Sequence record: MT135025.1
Length of the DNA: 64,000 nt
Strand: one strand, 5' to 3'
The position numbers and the translations under genes are program-made. The notes beneath the pieces are model-generated. The model worked only from the letters and a program-made list of their open reading frames with translations. It was not told the DNA's origin and made no database searches. Below, one piece after another: positions 56,833-64,000 of the stretch (the stretch's first letter is position 1; each line of letters begins with the position of its first letter).

Positions 56833-57164
56833 TGCAACAAACTGTATTATTCATCGACTTCCGCAACCCACACACTGCGATTGTCGCCAACACGACATTA
56901 CGAGACAAAAACTTCGATTTGTCGGGTATGGGATTGCGTCGAGCTTGTCAGTCGAACTATATTGCACTTGAGAAGCAAGGCAAATGGCGTTTAGTGAAAT
57001 GTCGTTACATGTTTGGGTTCGAATCTATGGAATTCAACACGCTCGATGGTGTTGTTGCATTCATCAACGCGATTAACATCGACAACAATCAACCATTGAT
57101 TCGTGAAGTTGTTGTTGAAGAAGTCGCACCCGTGTACACTAACATTAAAGTACGAGGTTTATAA
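56832..57164 (+). CDS. Hypothetical protein
   Basis: Coupled ORF. Confidence 0.7.
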   Translation: MQQTVLFIDFRNPHTAIVANTTLRDKNFDLSGMGLRRACQSNYIALEKQGKWRLVKCRYMFGFESMEFNTLDGVVAFINAINIDNNQPLIREVVVEEVAPVYTNIKVRGL

Positions 57165-57445
57165 TGGGATTTGAAACAAAAATTATCTGCTATGCAGCGC
57201 ACGTAACTGAATTTGAGCCAGGATGGGGAACTCGACCAGATGGTTACATCATTGCCAAGACTGAAGCTGATGTTCTGGCAAAAGGCGAGCACATGCGAGA
57301 GATCGCTAAACAATCCAAACACGGCTATGAGTATATCGGTGAAGTCTTTAAGTTCGAACCGACTCAGAAAGCTATTGATGAATTAACCGACCGTGACTAT
57401 ATCTGGACTGGTCGAAACTTTGATGAATGGGGTACTGTACTATGA
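57164..57445 (+). CDS. Hypothetical protein
   Basis: Coupled ORF. Confidence 0.7.
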   Translation: MGFETKIICYAAHVTEFEPGWGTRPDGYIIAKTEADVLAKGEHMREIAKQSKHGYEYIGEVFKFEPTQKAIDELTDRDYIWTGRNFDEWGTVL

Positions 57446-57675
57446 CAATCTTTCTGCTTGTATCATTCTTTCTAGGCGCTTATTTCATGAGCGAACTGCC
57501 ACCAGAATTGCGATACAAAACAACATCGCCTAAGAAACTATGGGCTTCTGCATCACGACTGCAACAAATTGCACTTGTTGTCGGGTTTGTCGGCGTGCTG
57601 TTCTTCTACTTGATTCTAGCTATCCTAATTGGATGGACTAAAGTTAAAGAATCTGACTGGAATCGCAAGGCATGA
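57442..57675 (+). CDS. Small membrane protein
   Basis: Two TM segments. Confidence 0.65.
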   Translation: MTIFLLVSFFLGAYFMSELPPELRYKTTSPKKLWASASRLQQIALVVGFVGVLFFYLILAILIGWTKVKESDWNRKA

Positions 57676-57842
57676 TAGTTCTTCAGCACGAGACTGACGG
57701 GTATATCGTCCAAATTGGATGTGACATTTGTTGCACCCCTGACATTGACAAAGCATCCATGTTCGAAACTGTTGGTGTCGCACAAGAATTCAAAGATCAA
57801 TGGGACTTATGGGACTGGGAAGTTAGAGAGGTCGGCTTATGA
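57672..57842 (+). CDS. Small hypothetical protein (not in ORF track)
   Basis: ATGA overlaps at both ends; MIVLQHETDG.. Confidence 0.6.
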   Translation: MIVLQHETDGYIVQIGCDICCTPDIDKASMFETVGVAQEFKDQWDLWDWEVREVGL

Positions 57843-58027
57843 TGCGTAGGCATGAAATTCAAGAACTAGTTGAGCGTCGCGGGTTTGAATTTCGCGAAGC
57901 AATCAATGAATACAGCGAATCACGTTGGCAAGTCATCGACAATGGTACAGTGGTCTACGAATCATACAATGAATACTGCATTGAAGCATTCTTGCTTGGC
58001 GTAGATTACATCACAGACGCAATTTAA
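57839..58027 (+). CDS. Hypothetical protein
   Basis: ORF. Confidence 0.65.
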   Translation: MMRRHEIQELVERRGFEFREAINEYSESRWQVIDNGTVVYESYNEYCIEAFLLGVDYITDAI

Positions 58028-58047
58028 GCCGCATTTCGCGGCTTTTT
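58026..58047 (+). terminator. Intrinsic terminator
   Basis: aagccgc-attt-cgcggct plus T tract. Confidence 0.75.
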
Positions 58048-58056
58048 GAGGTTCAT

Positions 58057-58359
58057 ATGAAGAAACAAATATTAAACATTCAGCGCGACGATGCGAAATT
58101 CGAGCTATATCGTCAAGGTCAAGCTGCACGTCATGCACGTGCTGAAATCATCCGACACGTTGCGAAGAATCATAACCCATTTCTAGTTGGTCAATACACG
58201 CTTTACAAAGAGCACGACGTGAAAATCGTTCGTCAGTTGCTGCGTTATGCTGAGATAGATGCTGATGTGCGAGTTGTCCCTACGATTGGTCGTTTACCAG
58301 ACTGTTTGAACGAAATTCACGGAATCGGGTTCGAGGTAACGCTAAATAATGATAGTTAA
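58057..58359 (+). CDS. Hypothetical protein
   Basis: ORF with GAGG SD. Confidence 0.7.
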   Translation: MKKQILNIQRDDAKFELYRQGQAARHARAEIIRHVAKNHNPFLVGQYTLYKEHDVKIVRQLLRYAEIDADVRVVPTIGRLPDCLNEIHGIGFEVTLNNDS

Positions 58360-58633
58360 CATTGCTCATCATTCTTTTGATGTGTACATTGGTCGCGGCA
58401 CACCGTTCGGAAATCCATTCAGAGCAGGGATCGACGGCACTCGGAGCGAAGTTATTGAGCTTTATCGAGAGTGGTTGCGCATTCAATTACAAGACGACGA
58501 ATTTAAAAAGCAGTTTATGCAACTAAAAGGAAAGATTCTCGGCTGTCATTGTAAGCCAAAAGCGTGCCATGGCGATGTAATTCTCGAAGAACTTGATAGA
58601 TTGAGCAGCCCACTAAACAATTTTATAGGTTAA
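58349..58633 (+). CDS. DUF4326-family protein
   Basis: VYIGRGTPFGNPF..LGCHCKPKACHGDV. Confidence 0.85.
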   Translation: MIVNIAHHSFDVYIGRGTPFGNPFRAGIDGTRSEVIELYREWLRIQLQDDEFKKQFMQLKGKILGCHCKPKACHGDVILEELDRLSSPLNNFIG

Positions 58634-58636
58634 TCT

Positions 58637-58930
58637 ATGAGAGAAGCAATTGCATTATTAAGCAACACGAGAATGGGATATACTGACATTAGCGCATTTG
58701 GCGATCCAGTATTATATGTTCATGCGGGACATGAGACGGTATTAAAAGTGCAATACACTGAAGATTGCTACTCATTTTACGACTACAGAAGCAAGTATCT
58801 TTATACAGAGCAGTCCATCGACGACTTAGAGATACATTTGAAATCAATAGATGTCGGGTTAGACGATGATCTACCGTTAAATGGTAACATCGACAAAGAC
58901 ACAATACCAGATGGGGAATTTTTAGAATGA
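58637..58930 (+). CDS. Hypothetical protein
   Basis: ORF. Confidence 0.7.
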   Translation: MREAIALLSNTRMGYTDISAFGDPVLYVHAGHETVLKVQYTEDCYSFYDYRSKYLYTEQSIDDLEIHLKSIDVGLDDDLPLNGNIDKDTIPDGEFLE

Positions 58931-59580
58931 AGTTTAGTGAATATCAAAGAATAAACGAATCTCTAGATCGCCCTGCTAATTATAAACTGGTTAGAGAACT
59001 CCCAAATTTAAACGTGTATGCGTTTCAAGTTGGTGGTGTTTATTATGAAATAGACATTCAGAAATCAAACATACGAGAGCCTAACGGGATGCAGTCAATG
59101 AAAGCTGAAGTCTCATTCAAAGCACTCGACGGTAGTGGTTATCAACTAACCAAAAAAGACGATAAAACAGCACGAATTGTACTATCAACCGTAGTTGATG
59201 CTATCTTCAGCTTCGTACGCGAATACAATCCTGCTCAAATATTATATTCCGCATTCAACGATGCTGATCCTTCAGATGCTGCTAAACGACTTCGTTTATA
59301 TCAGATCATGACTAAAGCAAAACTGCGTGAATTCCCCGAATATGATTTCCGAAACGTTGGGCGTGATTTCATCGTCTACGATGTCAATTACCAAAAACGA
59401 GTCGAGGAATTTTCAAGAAGAGCACGTAGACCAGTGGGATATGAAGAAAGATCAGACCACGTTGAAGTGAATTTATCACACGCCAACGCTTTTGCGTTTA
59501 TACGGGCGTTTGGTGTAAATGATGGCGACTCGAAGAGCGGCGTACTAGGTAAAGGTCGAGCTTTCGTAGGAGCAACATGA
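58927..59580 (+). CDS. Paralog of 23490..24371; candidate virion-packaged
   Basis: Leader MKFSEYQRINE; shared motifs. Confidence 0.8.
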   Translation: MKFSEYQRINESLDRPANYKLVRELPNLNVYAFQVGGVYYEIDIQKSNIREPNGMQSMKAEVSFKALDGSGYQLTKKDDKTARIVLSTVVDAIFSFVREYNPAQILYSAFNDADPSDAAKRLRLYQIMTKAKLREFPEYDFRNVGRDFIVYDVNYQKRVEEFSRRARRPVGYEERSDHVEVNLSHANAFAFIRAFGVNDGDSKSGVLGKGRAFVGAT

Positions 59581-60475
59581 TCAAGTTTCAGCTATTGCTG
59601 CTGAACATTTAGGTAAAAAAGCTGGCGATTACAGCGATTTCGTTGACATCGTAGAAGTTCGCCCTGATTTACTCGTGCCGATCCCGCGTGAACTGAATCG
59701 AACTGACTACGGTATCACAAATGAAGACTTTGCAGGGTTTGATACGTGGCATGGCTTCGAAGTTTCTGCACTGACTGAACAAGGTCTGCCTGTATCAGGC
59801 ATGGCTAAAGTAGTGTATCCGAGTGATTCACCAAACATCGTTGAAAGTAAATCAATGAAACTGTACTGGAACAGCTTCAACATGGCTAAAGTCGCTGCGA
59901 CTCGTGCTGAGGTGAAGGGTGCAATTGAAGCAATCGCGTCGCGTGATCTATCTGAAGTCATCGGTGCGCCTGTTCAAGTGAGTTTCTTCACTGAAAAGCT
60001 AACTCAACCTCATGGTATGACTGGCTTTGCTGAACTCGACAAATATGTTTCTGAATCGACTGTGTTTGACTCTGAGAGTGGTGCTGACACCGAGCTATTG
60101 CAAGAGTCGCACATCAAGAAACTGAAAGTGTTCACGCCTAATCTGCGTTCAAACTGTCGCGTTACACATCAACCCGACTTCGGTGATTTGTACGTATACA
60201 TGAGCGGCGAAAAGACTCCGACTGTTGATAGTTTGATGCAATACATCGTTTCTTTCCGCAAAGAGAATCATTTCCATGAAGAATGCGTTGAAATGATTTA
60301 CAAAGCATTGCTTGACAAGTTCGACCCGACTGAACTGATGGTCACAGCGTTATACACACGTCGCGGTGGATGGAATATCTGTCCAGCACGAGCGACACAC
60401 GAAGAGCTATTGCCAGAAGCACTTGGTAGTAAATCTGTCTCGCACACTAACGGAAGTTGTTTATTCCGTCAGTAA
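59577..60475 (+). CDS. queF: 7-cyano-7-deazaguanine (preQ0) reductase; start codon out of frame
   Basis: ESKSMKLYWNSF QueF motif, CRVTHQPDFG, FHEECVE; frame open back to 59570 with no ATG. Confidence 0.9.
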
Positions 60476-60488
60476 TAAGAGCTATGAT
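60459..60488 (+). promoter_or_regulatory. Class B promoter (queC)
   Basis: GTTTAT-N18-TATGAT. Confidence 0.55.
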
Positions 60489-60530
60489 GAGTGTTCAATT
60501 GTGAGCACTCATATACTTGAGAGGTTAAAA

Positions 60531-61247
60531 ATGAAAGTAGTATCTGTTCTAAGCGGTGGCTTGGACTCAACAATCCTTACGTACAAACTAGTTGACGAAT
60601 TCGGCAAAGACAATGTGTTTGCATTATCGTTCTACTACGGTCAAAAACAGTCGATTGAGCTAGAAAAAGCTAAATTGACTTGTCAAAAGCTCGGCATCGA
60701 GCATCGTCTAATTGACATTTCATTCTTAGGTGAAGTCGTCGCGCCAGTCTGTGCGAATATCGCTGGTTCAGATGTTGCTATGCCAACTATTCAAGATGTT
60801 CTCGGTGACCCTCAGCCACCAACTGAAGTTCCATATCGTAACATGCTATTGAACACAATCGCGTTCTCATTCGCACAAGCAAATGGTTGTTCAGCGGTGT
60901 TTACGGGTATTCAAGTGCATGACGCATATGGTTATTGGGACTGCACGCAAGATTTTCTTGACGGTATGAACAAAATTTCAGCACTGAATCGTCAACACGA
61001 AATCACATTACATGCGCCGTTCGCTCAAATGTCAAAAGCTGATGAAATCGCTATCGGTGTTGAGCTTGGTGTGCCGTTCGAGGATAGTCTGACTTGTTAC
61101 GACCCGAACGAAGCTGGCGAAAGCTGTGGTAAATGTCCGTCGTGTGCTGAACGCATCATGAACTTCGGCAAAGCTGGTATAGTCGATCCTGCGCCTTACT
61201 CAATTGACATCCCGTGGAAGCAAGTATTTGCTAAGGCAGGTCATTAA
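60531..61247 (+). CDS. queC: 7-cyano-7-deazaguanine synthase
   Basis: VLSGGLDS, YGQKQ..E, VPYRN, Y.DC, TCY..CGKCPSCAER. Confidence 0.95.
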   Translation: MKVVSVLSGGLDSTILTYKLVDEFGKDNVFALSFYYGQKQSIELEKAKLTCQKLGIEHRLIDISFLGEVVAPVCANIAGSDVAMPTIQDVLGDPQPPTEVPYRNMLLNTIAFSFAQANGCSAVFTGIQVHDAYGYWDCTQDFLDGMNKISALNRQHEITLHAPFAQMSKADEIAIGVELGVPFEDSLTCYDPNEAGESCGKCPSCAERIMNFGKAGIVDPAPYSIDIPWKQVFAKAGH

Positions 61248-61855
61248 TGTGTGGATTATTTGCTGCTAGAAGCAAGCAAGAGCTTATTGAATTGTCAAAA
61301 AGCAACATTCATCGTGGTTCGCGTACTCACTCTGTGAGTACGTTTAAGAACGGTCACGTGACGATTCATAAGTTTACAGGCGCGTTTGACGCGACGAATG
61401 TTCCCGATAGTGCAGATTTTTATATTTGTCACGTACAAGCACCGACGGGAACAAGTGCTCAAGCACATCCCGCTATTGTGACAATCGAAGAGAATGGCCA
61501 ATTACACGATTCACACGTGTGGCACAATGGCATTCTTAAAGATCATTACATGAAAAAGCAGTCTCAAGATTGGGATACTGCACACATTGCCGAAGCAATT
61601 TGCTACGGAAAACTAAACGAACTTGACGGTACATTTGCTTGTTTTCACTTCATAAACGGTCATTTGCGTGTATTTCGCAATGAAATCAGCCCGCTGTTCA
61701 TGAGTGAAGACGGGACATCGTTTAGCAGCACGCGAACGATTCTCACGCCAGAGCATGTTGAGCCGAATAAAGTGTTTAACATCGACTTGAAGACGTTTAA
61801 AATGTCAATCGTAAACGAGTTCAAGACTCTAGAAAACCCCTATTTCTTTATGTGA
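61247..61855 (+). CDS. Class II (Ntn) glutamine amidotransferase-like protein
   Basis: N-terminal MCG, HRG, H.Q.PT, HNGI, DT. Confidence 0.8.
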   Translation: MCGLFAARSKQELIELSKSNIHRGSRTHSVSTFKNGHVTIHKFTGAFDATNVPDSADFYICHVQAPTGTSAQAHPAIVTIEENGQLHDSHVWHNGILKDHYMKKQSQDWDTAHIAEAICYGKLNELDGTFACFHFINGHLRVFRNEISPLFMSEDGTSFSSTRTILTPEHVEPNKVFNIDLKTFKMSIVNEFKTLENPYFFM

Positions 61856-61863
61856 GGTAAAAC

Positions 61864-62139
61864 ATGATTGAAGTGAATATCGACGACTTGCTTAAAAACG
61901 GCAAAGTCACATTTGAATTTGAGAAAGCAGACGGTACTATCAAGACAGTGACTGGTACGCGCAATCTCGATTTCATCCCTGCTGAGTTTCACCCGAAAGA
62001 AAAGCCTTTAGCTGAAGGCGAGACGAAGCCAGAGAAAACAGAAAAGCAAAAAGCAACATGCGGTTATTTCGATCTTGAAGCTAACGGCTGGCGCTCATTC
62101 AAACGTGCAAATCTTCGCGAAGTAAAATCGTTTGTATAA
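61864..62139 (+). CDS. WYL_2/SH3-like beta-barrel protein
   Basis: FEFEKADGTIK..GT..YFDLE..GWRSFK. Confidence 0.65.
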   Translation: MIEVNIDDLLKNGKVTFEFEKADGTIKTVTGTRNLDFIPAEFHPKEKPLAEGETKPEKTEKQKATCGYFDLEANGWRSFKRANLREVKSFV

Positions 62140-62332
62140 CGACCCGTTTGCTGAACAATTGCGCGTCGGACAGTGGATTCTTCACAAGAAGACGGGTAAT
62201 GTGTATATAGTAACGAGTAAAGGCAAACTCAAGTTCGACGGTAAATGGTATAATTCTGTCACTTACACGAGCGAACTAGGCGACGTATATACAAGAACAT
62301 ACGACGACTTCCGCGGGTTTGAACTAGCATAA
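62132..62332 (+). CDS. Hypothetical protein
   Basis: ORF. Confidence 0.65.
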   Translation: MYNDPFAEQLRVGQWILHKKTGNVYIVTSKGKLKFDGKWYNSVTYTSELGDVYTRTYDDFRGFELA

Positions 62333-62437
62333 GTCCGCACTGAGAGACGGTCGCAGTGCGCTGATAAAACAGCGATCAACAAATAGGAGTGATGGGCCCT
62401 AACTCATCAATTCATCAACTTTCGTGAGATCTATATA

Positions 62438-62644
62438 ATGGCTACAGATAAAGAATTACTCAATGACGTAAACAACTTCTGGATTGGTTGGGATCAACGC
62501 GGTCCCGAGAGTCGAGATTACGATGTTGAGCACGGTAATATGCGCAAGAAATGTCGTGAGTTTGAAGAGCGTAAGAAAGCTACAGACGAACGCATTGCAG
62601 CATTTGAAGAAACACGAAGCAAATACAAAAGACGAGAGAAATAA
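62438..62644 (+). CDS. Hypothetical protein
   Basis: ORF. Confidence 0.65.
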   Translation: MATDKELLNDVNNFWIGWDQRGPESRDYDVEHGNMRKKCREFEERKKATDERIAAFEETRSKYKRREK

Positions 62645-62982
62645 TGACACTTAAAGCATACGCAATGGGCGAACAAATCATCATCGACACAAAAGCTGTT
62701 AAAGAAGGTGAAGAAATCAAATCCGAAGGCGGCATCGTTCTAGGACGTGCAACACAAGGTGAAGTTCCGCTACACGGTATCGTAATTTCTGTCGGTGAAG
62801 ACGTTGACCAAAACGTCATCAAAGTCGGTGATAAAGTTCTATTACCACAAGGCAATATGAAAAACGTTCCAGATCCACGCATTATCGCAGGTATCATGAA
62901 GCCAGATGATCAAGACCGCGCACTCTGGGTACACACTCACTACAAAAATATCGCGGCTGTGTATCGCGACGACGAGGAATAA
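62644..62982 (+). CDS. 31: gp31-type co-chaperonin (GroES-like)
   Basis: LKA.GEQII, SEGGIVLG mobile loop, GIVISVGEDV, KVGDKVLLP, VPDP, THYKNI. Confidence 0.92.
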   Translation: MTLKAYAMGEQIIIDTKAVKEGEEIKSEGGIVLGRATQGEVPLHGIVISVGEDVDQNVIKVGDKVLLPQGNMKNVPDPRIIAGIMKPDDQDRALWVHTHYKNIAAVYRDDEE

Positions 62983-62983
62983 G

Positions 62984-63373
62984 ATGAACGACAACTTACG
63001 AATGATTGAAGTTTCAGCAACTGGTTACTACAGCAACGCTACAGCGGCACATACTTGTTGGGTGACTGCTGAATTCGTTGAGAAGTACGAAGACGAAATC
63101 AGAAAGTTCGATTTCTACTTCAGCGACCTTGATGGTAAGCATTCTGAAACTCATGCTGACATTGAAATCTACTCCGACCAACGTGATATGGCATTGGCGT
63201 GGAGCGAATCTCAAGGTGAAGATTGGTCAATTACTGAAATCATGTTCGACCAAGATGTGTTTGAAGATGCTGATATTGAAGAAATGATCAGCTTGAACGA
63301 AGACATGAACAACACGATTGAAGTCAAGACACAAACAGTCATCACAATCGGTACTGAAACTATCGTTGTATAA
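62984..63373 (+). CDS. Hypothetical acidic protein
   Basis: Start MNDNLR after GAGG SD. Confidence 0.75.
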   Translation: MNDNLRMIEVSATGYYSNATAAHTCWVTAEFVEKYEDEIRKFDFYFSDLDGKHSETHADIEIYSDQRDMALAWSESQGEDWSITEIMFDQDVFEDADIEEMISLNEDMNNTIEVKTQTVITIGTETIVV

Positions 63374-63402
63374 TTCAGCGAAAAGTGAAAGTATAGTTAC
63401 AC

Positions 63403-63428
63403 AAAAGGGAGCAATTAGCTCCCTTTTT
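63403..63428. terminator. Bidirectional terminator
   Basis: aaaagggagc-aatta-gctccctttt; copy of the 24373 element. Confidence 0.88.
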
Positions 63429-63429
63429 G

Positions 63430-63939
63430 CTATTCATCATCTTCGGCGTAACCATACTTGTTGTTATCAAAGTCACAACGCGGGTTATGCAAGAAACTCT
63501 TTCTATAAATCTTCTCTAAATCACTCTTCTTAGCGTTGTCTGGGTACTTAATACCAAGACTGTCCAAATGTTCCTTTTGCTCTTGTAGTTTCAAACGACT
63601 GAAGATCTTCGTTTGGTCTTTCGGATGTTGTGGATGATAATCATTATCTGAGTAATCGGCTTCTAGGTAATCAACGAGATTACGCAACCACTGAACGTAA
63701 TTGATTCCACGACCCTTCAAACCAGAGCGAGTGAACTTGTGAATAACAACACCTTCGTAAGTGTTGCACGCACGACAAAGAACGCCACGGATATGCCCAG
63801 TATTATGGTCATGATCAGTATGCGGTGTGCTCTTCTCTTCACTCAGTTTCGTCCCACATAACACACAACGGTCAAGTTGGCTCATGATGAGTTCGTTGCG
63901 GCATTCGGTCAGTTCTGATTGTTTTAATTGCTTGCTCAT
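63430..63939 (-). CDS. 49: Recombination endonuclease VII
   Basis: Q..RCVLCG..HTDHDH..GHIRGVLCRACN..EG. Confidence 0.93.
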   Translation of the reverse strand: MSKQLKQSELTECRNELIMSQLDRCVLCGTKLSEEKSTPHTDHDHNTGHIRGVLCRACNTYEGVVIHKFTRSGLKGRGINYVQWLRNLVDYLEADYSDNDYHPQHPKDQTKIFSRLKLQEQKEHLDSLGIKYPDNAKKSDLEKIYRKSFLHNPRCDFDNNKYGYAEDDE

Positions 63940-63959
63940 GTATTTTTCTCAAAAAGTTA

Positions 63960-63988
63960 TTGACTATACTCTTGTTTATATGTACAAT
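63960..63988 (+). promoter_or_regulatory. Class A promoter for a gene beyond the window
   Basis: TTGACT-N17-TACAAT. Confidence 0.65.
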
Positions 63989-64000
63989 GAGAAGGCAAAT

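Noticed and set aside
62336-62409. preQ1 riboswitch near the que genes
   Set aside because: Does not match the preQ1-I pattern as I know it, and it lies downstream of the que genes
1-64000. tRNA genes, rRNA genes or CRISPR arrays
   Set aside because: No cloverleaf, T-loop pattern or regularly spaced repeat-spacer units found by eye; tRNAscan was not run
1-64000. Hydroxymethylcytosine/glucosylation genes (42, 56, a-gt, b-gt)
   Set aside because: Not seen at their T4 positions; a dUTPase sits next to the primase instead

Overview
This is a 64 kb segment of a large T4-like myophage genome, almost all coded on the + strand. Gene order and content (fused topoisomerase 39+60, trimeric dUTPase, Sir2, a short gp24, Rnl1, QueF/QueC, gp31 co-chaperonin) best fit the Vibrio KVP40-like group; that assignment is from recognition, not a database search. 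The window runs from the 3' part of nrdD through nrdG, primase, dut, dexA, td, sir2, topoisomerase, ligase, an alt-like gene, gp24, gp55, gp47/46, gp45/44/62, regA, gp43, rnlA, spanins, pseT, queF/queC and gp31 to gp49, with many small unknown ORFs in between. I saw no tRNA, CRISPR array or intron. The main unexplained patterns are: (1) a dispersed set of mostly late genes with T4 internal-protein-like N-terminal leaders, several sharing an N-terminal domain joined to different payloads (atypical ADP-ribosyltransferase, methyltransferase, zincin, acidic repeat protein); (2) a second promoter class, GTTTA(A/G/T)-N18-(-10), upstream of replication and nucleotide genes; (3) repeated terminator/promoter fusion cassettes with a conserved leader; (4) a phage mini-pilin; (5) a broken queF start that may be a deletion junction in the 7-deazaguanine cluster; (6) two insertions in the core replication operon; (7) a 9-bp-period TTAG array. 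Start sites were adjusted by eye using Shine-Dalgarno (SD) position.
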